DNA of 63,938 bases, the filler included, from Octopus bimaculoides (Eukaryota), in the NCBI RefSeq assembly GCF_001194135.2. It is 5 parts of 4 records of this genome, joined end to end, with 100 filler letters (N's around TTAATTAATTAA, not from the genome) between each part and the next. Parts side by side here need not be neighbours in the genome. Positions count along the whole stretch, not along the records: positions 1 to 25,745 come from NC_068988.1; 4 more parts are not named here. One strand, 5' to 3'. A model generated the notes under the pieces. It had not been told where the DNA came from. It did not search any database and worked only from the letters and a program-made list of their open reading frames with translations. Each line of letters begins with the position of its first letter. The stretch's first letter is position 1. The position numbers and the translations under genes are program-made. Below, in pieces: positions 12,871 through 24,366 of this stretch.

Positions 12871-12976
12871 AGCTCGAAACGTCAAAGACTTTCCGTATTC
12901 CCGAGCGTCATACTAATATATACTTTTGTTATTTACACCACCTGTCCTCGTCTGTTGTTATTTTTTGTATATTCTC

Positions 12977-12980
<4 letters not shown>
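12871..12980 (+). mobile_element. H2 element, 5'-truncated inside the hammerhead
   Basis: Starts AGCTCGAAACGTCAAAGACTTTCCG and matches the reverse complement of 8901-9013. Confidence 0.8.
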
Positions 12981-13013
<33 letters not shown>

Positions 13014-14055
13014 NNNNNNNNNNNNNNNNNNNNNNNNNNNNNNNNNNNNNNNNNNNNNNNNNNNNNNNNNNNNNNNNNNNNNNNNNNNNNNNNNNNNNNN
13101 NNNNNNNNNNNNNNNNNNNNNNNNNNNNNNNNNNNNNNNNNNNNNNNNNNNNNNNNNNNNNNNNNNNNNNNNNNNNNNNNNNNNNNNNNNNNNNNNNNNN
13201 NNNNNNNNNNNNNNNNNNNNNNNNNNNNNNNNNNNNNNNNNNNNNNNNNNNNNNNNNNNNNNNNNNNNNNNNNNNNNNNNNNNNNNNNNNNNNNNNNNNN
13301 NNNNNNNNNNNNNNNNNNNNNNNNNNNNNNNNNNNNNNNNNNNNNNNNNNNNNNNNNNNNNNNNNNNNNNNNNNNNNNNNNNNNNNNNNNNNNNNNNNNN
13401 NNNNNNNNNNNNNNNNNNNNNNNNNNNNNNNNNNNNNNNNNNNNNNNNNNNNNNNNNNNNNNNNNNNNNNNNNNNNNNNNNNNNNNNNNNNNNNNNNNNN
13501 NNNNNNNNNNNNNNNNNNNNNNNNNNNNNNNNNNNNNNNNNNNNNNNNNNNNNNNNNNNNNNNNNNNNNNNNNNNNNNNNNNNNNNNNNNNNNNNNNNNN
13601 NNNNNNNNNNNNNNNNNNNNNNNNNNNNNNNNNNNNNNNNNNNNNNNNNNNNNNNNNNNNNNNNNNNNNNNNNNNNNNNNNNNNNNNNNNNNNNNNNNNN
13701 NNNNNNNNNNNNNNNNNNNNNNNNNNNNNNNNNNNNNNNNNNNNNNNNNNNNNNNNNNNNNNNNNNNNNNNNNNNNNNNNNNNNNNNNNNNNNNNNNNNN
13801 NNNNNNNNNNNNNNNNNNNNNNNNNNNNNNNNNNNNTCACCACCACCACCACCATCATCACCGCAATCACCACCACCACCGCTGCAGCCACTACTATCAC
13901 CACCACCACTACTACTATCATCACCATCACCACCACTATCATCATCAACATCACCACCACCATCATCATCATCACTTAATGTCTGTTTCTCATGCTGGCA
14001 TGGGTTAGAGGGTTTGACAGGAGCCTGGGAGCTATGGTTGGGAACTGCTGGTTTA

Positions 14056-14361
<306 letters not shown>

Positions 14362-14702
14362 TTAAACATGGGTGTTCCCTAGGAACCAGCAATACTGCTA
14401 TTTTAACCCCCAGGAGAACACCTCTTCCAGTTGGTTATTCACTGCACACTGCACACGCGTTTAGGTGGCATTAATCACTATTTCTTTGGTCGCTTATACA
14501 GATTTCCTTAACAAATGGGTTTGCTTGTTGCAAGAACAATGACTGTGTGTCACTTCTTTCTCGTGTATTACAAACTGGAGTGGAAGTACTGTTATGTCCA
14601 GTGGACGAGTATCCATCACTGAGAATGATCATAAAGAGGTTGAGACTATACAGTCTGGGAGTCTCAGGCTAAGATAGTAAGGACTTCTCTCCCCGCTTGC
14701 AA

Positions 14703-14880
14703 TACGTGGTCTGATCAATAAGTATCCGGATTGTTGCCATAGTAACGAAGCTAAAGTATGTAGAGTGAAGCTGCTTGGCACAGATTGACCTTAAACTCTG
14801 TTGTGCATGCACACAAAGTTTTATCGTTCTAGCTCACTTCTGCTGTTTACAGCAGTGCTTGGAAGGAACATGTGTAGGAA
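14703..14880 (+). mobile_element. Mariner-type left end, truncated at the H1 element
   Basis: TACGTGGTCTGATCAATAAGTATCCGGA resembles the 33069 TIR. Confidence 0.5.
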
Positions 14881-14882
14881 CT

Positions 14883-15134
14883 CAACATTTCTGCTGATAT
14901 ACCTTCCAGCCTTCATCAGGTGTCTTGGGGAAATTTCGAACCTGGGTTCTCATTACTAACATTGAAAAATACCTTAGGAATGAGAACCCAGGTTCAAAAT
15001 TTCTCCAAGATGCCTGATAAAGGCTGGAGGGTATATCAGCCAAAACATTGTGTTAACAACAAACAAGATGAGGACAAATATCTGTCAAATGTAAATAATG
15101 TACATAATTCCTCATCTCTTAAATATAGAACTGT
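14883..15134. mobile_element. H1 tail (plus, ~14958-15134) preceded by an inverted partial copy (14883-14954); two degenerate hammerheads
   Basis: ~70-bp inverted arms around a 24-nt spacer. Hammerhead motifs at 14883-14924 (-) and 15009-15054 (+). Confidence 0.85.
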
Positions 15135-15144
15135 ATTAGACAAA

Positions 15145-15392
15145 ATACTGGTAAGTATTTCATCCGGTGTGCTAACGATTCTTTTCTACTTTAGGCACAT
15201 GGCCTGAAATTTTGGGGGAGGGGGGCAGTCAGTTAGATCGACTCCCAGTACGCAACTGGCACTTAATTTATTGACCCCCAAAACGATGGAAGGCAAAGTT
15301 GACTTCGGTGGAATTTGAACTCAGAATGTAAAGACAGACGAAATACCGCTAAGCATTTCGCCCAGCGTGCTAATGTTTCTGCCAGCTCACCA
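15145..15392 (-). mobile_element. SINE family B
   Basis: Reverse-complement similarity to 20602-20815. Confidence 0.8.
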
Positions 15393-16243
15393 CATGAGAT
15401 CTCTAGATATTAAAACAACAAGCCTTGACATTATTTTCTAGGACAAAAGACGACAATATCTTGCTATGAATTGACATAGTTATACCAAATGATTATAATG
15501 CTGTGTTGAGGTGAGGTGAAAAGCTACGAGGACTTGGCTGTTGAATAAAATATGCTTTGGCAGTCTAGGAATGTATCTATCATCTCATTTATAATTGGTA
15601 CAACTCATACACAATGGCTTCAGTGACAACAGTGACAGCAGACTACATAAAAAGGCTAACATAGGAACATTCCAGAAAGTAGAAGTGCCAAGAATCTAGA
15701 AAGTGCTGGGGCACCCTAACACACAACACATGTTAATCTTAAGTGATTTTTATGCTCTTTTTCAACATCTTCCAAATTCATATATATATATTTATATATA
15801 TATATACATGTGTGTGTCTGTGTGTATGTGTGTGTGCATAATTTAGAGAAAAACCATTATTAAATAATTCAGTAATGAAGAATATAATTCATACCTTCCA
15901 GAAAATAAACATATCATAAACACTCTTGTGCTAGTGGCACATAAAAACCACCCAGGGTGTTTATGATATTTTTATTTTCTGGAGGGTATGAATTACATTC
16001 TTCATTACTGAATTATTTAATAATGGTTTTTCTCTAGATTATATACATATATTTTATATTTGGAAATTTGTTTTAGTTTTGCTAAATTGAATTTTTTTCC
16101 CTAAAATTATTATTATTATTATTATTATTATATNNNNNNNNNNNNNNNNNNNNNNNNNNNNNNNNNNNNNNNNNNNNNNNNNNNNNNNNNNNNNNNNNNN
16201 NNNNNNNNNNNNNNNNNNNNNNNNNNNNNNNNNNNNNATATAT

Positions 16244-16376
16244 ATACTACACTCTCTGAGTGGTTGGCGTTAGGAAGGGCAGATTGGAGCCTGGTGTAGC
16301 CTCTGGTTCACCAGTCCTCAGTTGAATCGTCTAACCCATGCTAGCATTGAAAGCGGATGTTAAACGACGACGACGA

Positions 16377-16412
<36 letters not shown>

Positions 16413-16582
16413 TTGGAAGATCGTCATCATTTAACATTCGCCTTCTCTGTTAGCATGAGTTGGGTGGTTTGACAGGAGCTGCTTCACTGTCTGCTTTCGC
16501 ATGGTTTTTCCATGCTTGCATGGGGCACGAGGCAGATTTTCTACAGCTCGATGCCCTTTCTGTTGCCATCCTCAGGGGTTTC
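16244..16582. mobile_element. Two RTE-type 3' tails, tail-to-tail across (AT)n
   Basis: 16244-16380 matches 19730-19900 (+). 16425-16580 is a related tail on the minus strand. Confidence 0.7.
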
Positions 16583-16711
16583 CTTGTAAAGGAAAGGTAA
16601 AATGGCAGCAATATGATGATGATGAAGATGATGATGATGATGATGATGACGACGATGATGATAATGAAAATGGTGATTGTGATAATGATGGCAGTGGTAA
16701 TGGTGGCAGCA

Positions 16712-16763
<52 letters not shown>

Positions 16764-17130
16764 CGGTGGTGGTGGTCATGGTGTCAAGGATGATAAAGCT
16801 GATGATAATTTATATAGCATTAGAGGAGTTAATGATTATTTATTTCAAACAAACGATATGTACAAAGGAAGGTTACAAGTTAATCAACTGATCGATCACA
16901 TGACTAGTGATAATGGCTTTTTTTTTTTTTTGTCTGAATGAGATAATCCTCGACAGACTTGACTTTTTACTATCCAGAAATAATGCTTTGAGCGTAGCCC
17001 CTTCTACCATAAACTACAGTTTAGCACAGATAACATGTACTCTAAGATAAAGCCTGATAAAATATGTAACATTTTACACAAAGACTTCAATGCCGACAAA
17101 ATTATAACCATCAGTAACCCTATGTGCACA

Positions 17131-17279
17131 GATGTGGTGGCGTGGTTAAGAAACTCGCTTCCTAACCATATGATCTCAGGTTCACGACCACTGTGTGACA
17201 CCTTCAGCAAGTGTCTTCTACTGTACCCTCAGGCCGACCAAAGGTTTGGTAGATGGAAACTGGAAGCCCATTGTGTAAA

Positions 17280-17300
<21 letters not shown>
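17131..17300 (+). mobile_element. SINE family A 5' half
   Basis: Head similarity; ends in (TA)n and a gap. Confidence 0.7.
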
Positions 17301-17322
<22 letters not shown>

Positions 17323-18263
17323 NNNNNNNNNNNNNNNNNNNNNNNNNNNNNNNNNNNNNNNNNNNNNNNNNNNNNNNNNNNNNNNNNNNNNNNNNNNNNN
17401 NNNNNNNNNNNNNNNNNNNNNNNNNNNNNNNNNNNNNNNNNNNNNNNNNNNNNNNNNNNNNNNNNNNNNNNNNNNNNNNNNNNNNNNNNNNNNNNNNNNN
17501 NNNNNNNNNNNNNNNNNNNNNNNNNNNNNNNNNNNNNNNNNNNNNNNNNNNNNNNNNNNNNNNNNNNNNNNNNNNNNNNNNNNNNNNNNNNNNNNNNNNN
17601 NNNNNNNNNNNNNNNNNNNNNNNNNNNNNNNNNNNNNNNNNNNNNNNNNNNNNNNNNNNNNNNNNNNNNNNNNNNNNNNNNNNNNNNNNNNNNNNNNNNN
17701 NNNNNNNNNNNNCAATTTAATACCAGGTAACTAGCACATTAAAAGAATCATGAGATTCAGAAAAAATTATCTGAGATCTCGAAAGGATTATTGTATATGT
17801 ATATATAAAAGAGACCAGTAAGTGGACTGCTAATGTGCTAGAAGATCACCGAATAGTTCTCAAAGAGAAAATCTAGCGAAGCAAAAATATACGGGCGAGA
17901 CTAGTGAAAATTACAGAAATAAATACAAAGTTTATCCATAGACCAAGGTTTCGAAATTAACATTTTCTTACCGAAAATATCTGTTTCTCATCAGTACAGA
18001 CTGCCAAAGAGATATAATTCGCAGAATCATGTACTAGTTGTTCTCAACTAGTGAAGAACGTGCACGTGGTTCTATTAATTATATACGGTAAGATTCAAAA
18101 GTCTTTGTTTTGAGTGTATATATGCGTGTGTGTGTGTGTGTGTGTGTGCATGAGGGCACATGTAGTTAATGTCCCAATGGGTTATATATATATATATACA
18201 CACAGCAGATTTATTCACCTGAACTTGATAAAACTAATTGCTAGAAACGAGTCCAAGTCTTAC

Positions 18264-18379
18264 CTGTTACTATGCTCTCCTCCAATTGCAGGTGCATACG
18301 TAGACAGGTAATAAATCCATATGGACGACAGAGCAAATAGGATAGGCACACACAACCAACGCTGTTCATACAACATCAT
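18264..18379 (-). CDS. TMEM41A: TMEM41A-like (VTT/DedA/SNARE_assoc membrane protein), coding exon 1
   Basis: ATG at 18379 with an in-frame TAG upstream. Encodes MMLYEQRWLCVPILFALSSIWIYYLSTYAPAIGGEHSN (hydrophobic N-terminus). Donor GTAAG follows 18264; phase 2 joins exon 2 as AG|C=Ser. Confidence 0.8.
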
Positions 18380-18788
18380 GATGATTCTCTTTAATGACGG
18401 CTAGAAACGATCTTCATCATCATCAGCATCATTCAGTGTTTGTATTTGAAGCTTTACAATGAGTTAACCCAACAACATCGTGTATGTGTCTTGCAGTAAG
18501 CTAGTATCTGTTACATTGGTTCACATCTGAGAATTCCTGACGAAGGTATCAAAGAATCTGTTGTAGTCATGCGAGAGGATCGGTTTCCAAAAAAAAGGGC
18601 AAGATGGCTTCTGTTGATCGTTAAGTCAGTGTCACTTGGGCTAAAACAAAGAAGAGAAAACAAAAACATCCAATCACCATTGTTTTCATTGTTATAAACA
18701 AAAATCAGCTAAATAGATATTTTACTATATCTTGGGAGGGTCGTTATACTGAGAAACACTAGCACTGATTCTATTTCACTTCTTTATC

Positions 18789-18897
18789 ATTATTATTATT
18801 ATTATTATTATTAACATTATTATTATTCAGGTCACTGCCTGGAATCGAACTCGGAATCTTGGGGTTAGTAGCCTGCGCTCTTAACCACTACTCCATA
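18789..18897 (-). mobile_element. H1 tRNA-like head plus (TAA)n, divergent from the 18985 copy
   Basis: Reverse complement of the head (GTAGTGGTTAAGAGCGCAGGCTACTAACCCCAAGATTCCGAGTTCGATTCCAGG). Confidence 0.85.
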
Positions 18898-18923
18898 TTA
18901 ATGATTCTTCCAGCTTGCTACCT

Positions 18924-18964
<41 letters not shown>

Positions 18965-18984
18965 ATGATAGTAATAATAATATT

Positions 18985-19062
18985 ACAGGCATATGGCGTA
19001 GTGGTTAAGAGGGCGGGCTACTAACCCCAAAATTCTGAATTCGATTCCAAGCAGTGACCTGA

Positions 19063-19110
<48 letters not shown>

Positions 19111-19275
19111 GCAACAACAGCAACAACATCGAAAGATACCTTAGGAATGAGAACCCAGGTTTGAAATTTCCCCAAGACATCTGATGAAGGCTGGAGGGTA
19201 TATCAGCCAAAACGTTGTGTTAACAACAAACAAGATGAGGACAAATATGTCAAATGTAAATAATGTAAATAAATA
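18985..19275 (+). mobile_element. tRNA-headed SINE-like element with (TAA)n middle and hammerhead-containing PLE-like tail (family H1), most complete copy
   Basis: A box TGGCGTAGTGG and B-box-like AATTCGATTCC, then (TAA)n/(CAA)n, then a tail shared with copies at 11.3 and 15.0 kb that contains CTGATGA...AAACGTT. Confidence 0.85.
19176..19221 (+). ncRNA. Minimal type I hammerhead ribozyme motif (H1), G12A mutated
   Basis: GACAT CTGATGA A GGCTG-gagggtatat-CAGCC AAA ACGT T GTGTT. Stem I GACAT/GTGTT, 5-bp stem II, palindromic ACGT. Confidence 0.75.
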
Positions 19276-19330
19276 TTTTAATGACATGTGAATGACAGAA
19301 AAAACAAAATACCAAATAAACAAACAAAGG

Positions 19331-19902
19331 ATAGCTGCGTGAAAAAGTGCCACACCCTAACAGTTGAGGGAACCCGTGGAAGAGGTAGGCCCAGGAAGAC
19401 CTGGGCTGAGGTGGTGAGGCAAGACCTTCGTACATTGGGCCTCACCGAGGCGATGACTACGGACCGAGACCTTTGGAAATGGGCTGTGCGTGAGAAGACC
19501 CGGCAAGCCAAGTAAGATCGTTGCCAGTGCCCCTGGACTGGTTCTTGTGCGGGTGGCACATGAGATGCACCATTTTGAGCGTGGCCGTTGCCAGTACCGC
19601 CTGACTGGCTCCTGTAGGATTTTCGAGCGAGATCGTTGCCAGTGCCCCTGGACTGGCTTGTGCGGGTGGCACATAAAAGACACCATTTCGAGCGTGGCCG
19701 TTTTCGTGCGGGTGACACGTAAAAGCACCCACTACACTCTCTGAGTGGTTGGCGTTAGGAAGGGCATCCAGCTGTAGAAACTCTGCCAAATCAGACTGGA
19801 GCCTGGTGTTGCCATCCGGTTTCACCAGTCCTCAGTCAAATCGTCCAACCCATGCTAGCATGGAAAGCGGACGTTAAACGATGATGATGATGATGATGAT
19901 GA
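19331..19902 (+). mobile_element. RTE-clade LINE 3' end (5'-truncated) with 3'UTR and (GAT)n tail
   Basis: SCVKKCHTLTVEGTRGRGRPRKTWAEVVRQDLRTLGLTEAMTTDRDLWKWAVREK is a typical RTE C-terminus. Ends GGACGTTAAACG(ATG)n. Confidence 0.85.
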
Positions 19903-20528
19903 ATGGCCCTAGTCTAAGTAAGCACCTGTAGATTGGAGGAGAGCAGGAGAGGGGCTCATACCTTTGGAGGTCAGGATAATCTTGGATTTGTGAGGTTCCA
20001 TGATTTGGCCCTTAATTGAGTTTCTCTTGTATCAGAAGGACTGCATCATTGAAGTTATCACATACTTTGTATACGATGTATACTGCAGAGATGAGGTGAA
20101 CCAGGAGGAAAGGGTCAGTGACCTGAATGGCTGGGGGACCCCACTGGAAGAGGGAGAGTAAGTGAAATCAAGTGGGTGGAAATAGGACCAGCGTAGGCCT
20201 CTGTGGCCTCAGGCAGTGGGAGCCTCGGGCAGTGGAACATGTAGCTGCACATACTAGAAAGGGAATTTGTCATAGGTTCTAGTGATAGGTTAGACGGGGA
20301 GGACAGATTTGGGATTTAACCCAGTTGAACAACAGATACTGAGAGGTGGGTGAATTGCACTTTGTCCTTCATCTTACATTTAGTTTTATCTCATTTCACT
20401 CTTCCTTTTGTTTCTCCTCATCCTTTATATAAATCCCCATACAAACTGTTGTCTGTCCTTGTGATGTCCCCCACATCTATGCTCCTATGGCTAATAAAAG
20501 AAATTATTATAATTGCTACTACTACTAC

Positions 20529-20564
<36 letters not shown>

Positions 20565-20601
20565 TACTACTACTACTACTACTACTACTGTTATTATGAA
20601 G

Positions 20602-20815
20602 ACAGCAAGCAGGCAGAATCATTAGCATGCCAGGCGAAATGCTTAGAGGTATTTTGTCTGTCTTTGTGTTCTGAGTTCAAATACTGCCAAGGCTGACTTT
20701 GCCTTTCATCCTTTCAGGGTCGATAAAATGAGTACCAGTTGAACAATTGGGTTGATGTAATCAATTATCACCCTCCACCAAAATTTCAGGCCTTGTGCCT
20801 ATATTAGAAAGGGTT
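20602..20815 (+). mobile_element. tRNA-derived SINE family B
   Basis: GGCAGAATCATTAGCA...CTGAGTTCAAAT...GACTTTGCCTTTCATCCTTTCAGGGTCGATAAAATGAGTACCAG. Flanked by (TTA)n. Confidence 0.8.
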
Positions 20816-20839
20816 ATTATTATTATTATTATTATTATT

Positions 20840-21023
20840 GCTTTTGCACAGCTTCTAACACTGGAGATGTACTACAGTGCCAGCTGTTCACTACCAGTGA
20901 ACTAAGGTAACACCTCTTATTTTACGAGCACCTTCCGGAGTATTCAAGCATTCCAAGCAGTGCTGTTTTCTGCAAGAGCTCCACCCTTATTGCAGCCCCT
21001 ATTTGTTTCAAGTACTTCTCAAG
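20840..21023 (-). mobile_element. R4/Dong-type (RLE) LINE 3' end, copy 1
   Basis: LEKYLKQIGAAIRVELLQKTALLG..ILRKVL, short UTR, (TAA)n on both sides. Confidence 0.7.
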
Positions 21024-21050
21024 ATATTATTATTATTATTATTAATATTA

Positions 21051-21400
21051 TGTTGTTGTTTTTTTCTTCAAGTTTTCTTCCATTTCTCGCCACGTGTTTT
21101 CCGTACACCTAGGGCAGAGAAGCTCATTGTATGCATTCCCAGTTTACACACGCAAATTCACAGGTAAAATATGTATTTAGAAAAATTAATAAATAAATAA
21201 ATTCATGAATGGATGTTGTTTTCACAGCGATAATGCTCTTCTCAGTACATGAGTCGTTCCAGTTAACACCATTTTTTGCACTTCCTGTAGGGATAGTAAG
21301 CCTGGTATCATTTTCAAATAGGTTTCAGTACCTATTTTTTTTTTTTTATCATTCCTAGAGATCCTACAATCACTGGTACGATAGTCGCTTTGAGATGCCA
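21051..21400 (-). mobile_element. R4/Dong-type LINE 3' end, copy 2
   Basis: WHLKATIVPVIVGSLGMIKK..GTETYLKMIPGLLSLQEVQKMVLTGTTHVLRRALSL*, then UTR and (TAA)n. Confidence 0.8.
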
Positions 21401-21403
21401 CTA

Positions 21404-21433
<30 letters not shown>

Positions 21434-21435
<2 letters not shown>

Positions 21436-21738
21436 TTATGTTTGACTTTTGTTTTGCATTTGTACAAGTTGGATCCAAGTCTCACCCAGAGACCTCAAGA
21501 GACAACAAGTTAGAAGTTCATGTAGGTGTTATGCCTTGGGTACCATATATTTGGATTTGTACAGTTTTGTTCTAGTGAATGTTTAAGAAACCATAAGAAA
21601 ATTATGTGTTTGTTTTAAAATTTGAGATCACATAGACAGTATTTTACGTAGGAAATGGGCAGTTCCCATGAGCACTATCTTTTGAACTTCAGCCATTTTG
21701 GGGTTTCCTGGTATCTGAGCTAGGTAGTAACCAGCCCG

Positions 21739-21742
<4 letters not shown>
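21434..21742 (-). mobile_element. R4/Dong-type LINE 3' end, copy 3
   Basis: AQIPGNPKMAEVQKIVLMGTAHFLRKILSM*, then UTR and (TAA)n. The UTR is nearly identical to 47924-48090. Confidence 0.8.
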
Positions 21743-21769
<27 letters not shown>

Positions 21770-21771
<2 letters not shown>

Positions 21772-21975
21772 GGCAGCAAGCTCACAGAATTGTCAGCATA
21801 CAGAAGAAAACGCTTAGCAGCATTTATTCCATCTTTATGTTCTGAGTTCAAATTCCTCTGAGGTCGACTTCGCTTTTCATCCTTTTGGTGGGGTCGGTGA
21901 AATAACTACCAGTCAAGTACTGGAGTTGGCCGCCTCCCCACAAATTTCTGGCTTTGTACTTATATTAGAAAGGAT
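21770..21975 (+). mobile_element. SINE family B
   Basis: Similarity to 20602-20815. Confidence 0.75.
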
Positions 21976-22984
21976 TGTTATTACTATTAAGTCAATGTTG
22001 TAACTATCAATAAAACGACACAAATTACTTCCAGGTGGCAGACGTAAGCTGTAAGAGTTGCAACTAAAATTGTGTGAATGCTCATAGGAGCCAGTGAAAA
22101 CAGATCGTCAAAATGCGTTGCTCGAGCTTCAATTAATAATGAAATAAAAAGTAAAAGTGAAATAACAAATTACGCGTAATTTTGACGGCGGGTTTTTAAT
22201 TTCGATAACTTTAATTCGGAGAATTTGAATCAATGAAGAAGGGGCGGTTTCATGCGGATTTGGTATCAAAAGAATGCCGCTTCCACTGCAAATATTTAGC
22301 CTTGTGTATAGCAAGCAAATACTGGATTTACTTATGTATAAGTCGCATAGTTTTATACTTGATTTCAACAGATAAAACAGGGGCGCGGCTTATATAAGGA
22401 GCAAAGCTAAAACTTAGAAGAGGGGAAAAAATTGCACCAAGATTTAATATTAAATTAGGGGTCCGATTAATATACCAGTAAATGCAATGAATATATTATA
22501 TTTATCATGAGTTAAGGGCTTTGGCGAGTAAGCAATTCTTTCGTTGAGAATTTTATAAAGTACAAAAATAACACAACGAAATACATTCACGAAGTAGCAA
22601 CCATGAAATGTCATCTAATTTGCCATTTTCAAGCTGTCAATTAATTACCTGTGATGATGGTGATGATGATGATGATGATCGTTGTCCTTCGTTTCACGTT
22701 GTTTGTGGATTTATGAATTAATGTATTTTTGTTTTATCTCGATGTTGTCTAAATAATAAACAAATATGTCAACATGTATTTTTTTTTTCTTCTCTTTTCG
22801 GACTTACATGTTGAGGTTCTAAGACTTGAAATAATTATTTATTTACGAAGATGAAAAATAAAACAGTATTTGCAATTTTCTTCATCGCTTCTTTCTAGAT
22901 TTTCCACAAAATATAAAAAAAAAAAAAAAACAGGAAGAAAAACCCCCAATTCTAGAATATATATGTACACAAGATATACAGTGC

Positions 22985-23027
<43 letters not shown>

Positions 23028-24148
23028 ATTACTTATATTAACTTCTATTTTCCACACACCTTACACTACAGGACACGGTATTTCGTCATTTATCAATCCG
23101 AGATCGCAATCGCACAATCTTCCCAATGCATTCTTTCTTCGAATGGTACCAAACGTCATTAAAAAGCTATGAGATGTTTACTAAGGAAAAGTAAATTAAA
23201 ATCTATTCGTTTCCGAAAGCAACAAGGAAATAAACTTCTTGGATCAACAATGAAACAAACATTGGTTAATATAGAAGAACATATAATATTAAATATAATA
23301 CATATAAATATATATATATGTACACCTACCTGATATTTGCTGTCATAAGCTGCAATCAATTAAACGTTGGTGTTGTCTAACCAAAATCATACAGGTAGAT
23401 TTAATCTATGGCTTAAGATAGCCTAACGCAGAGGTTGTGTAATGATTACATGTAACAAATACGACGTCTTCTCATCATGTTGAAAGGAGTTAAAGGGAAA
23501 CAATTATAATAAACAAATAACTAACCAAGGGAAATAAACGGGGATAAACAAGTGTTGACGTAATGTTAATGTTTAACCCCTGGTCAAGCAGACCTCTTAT
23601 TCAAGTCATGATCATCCCTGTTTCTTGTTTTTTTTAAAATAACGGTAGCATGTTCATCAGACCAGATCCCATCTGTTCTTTTTCTTTTGTTTTTTGAAGA
23701 CAGCAGAGTGTAGTTTGTGAGAAATTTGACTGCTATATCTAGCCGGCCTATCGACCCACGTGGTGGTTCACGTGTTGTATTTCTTATGTAACATGATGTT
23801 TTCTGGAGTAAAGGGTTTAATTAAAGTACAGTTAACATTTTATAATATCCGTTTAAAATAGCAGCTATTTAAACAAAGAGCAGAGAATTTCTGTAATTGA
23901 GTCATCGTTTACCAGGAACCGTAAAGTCATTCTCAAACTTGATTGTCAAAATCCTCGTATTGTCAAAATCCTTGTTTTCTCCCCAAAGCAACTCAAATTC
24001 TCTGAAGTTATGACATAATCGTGTTGGCCGAACCAAGAAGAGAACGTCTACTCGGTTGTTCGTCTGGCTAGAAATAACAGCCAAATCTCTTTCTCTCTTA
24101 ACTTATATGTTGCTTCCTTAAAAAAAAGAAGGATTATTAGACAATGTA

Positions 24149-24366
24149 CAGGGTGTCCACAAAGTCTGGGTACATGGGAATTAACACATACTTTAAGAAA
24201 TTATTATTATTATTATTTCTTATATTTAATTATTTATGTTATGATTTTATTTACTCCATGTACCCACATGGGGATTAACACATACTTTAAGAAATTATTT
24301 CTTATATTTAATTGTTTATGTCATGATTTTAGTTACTACATGTACCCAGACTTTGTGGACACCCTG
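24149..24366. mobile_element. Tc1/mariner MITE with perfect 28-bp TIRs and TA duplication
   Basis: TA-CAGGGTGTCCACAAAGTCTGGGTACATG ... CATGTACCCAGACTTTGTGGACACCCTG-TA. The internal core is duplicated in tandem. Confidence 0.9.

Noticed and set aside
16450-16941. Poly-Asp/poly-Met/poly-Ile ORFs
   Set aside because: Translations of a (GAT)n tract next to RTE tails.
18985-19060. Possible tRNA gene
   Set aside because: Has A/B boxes and an anticodon-like arm but no acceptor stem closure; it is the H1 SINE head, present in 3 diverged copies.
19921-19947. Short inverted match (GCACCTG..ATTGGAGGAGAGCA) to TMEM41A exon 1
   Set aside because: Only a 14-nt exact core plus a 7-mer with an indel; cannot be separated from chance by eye.
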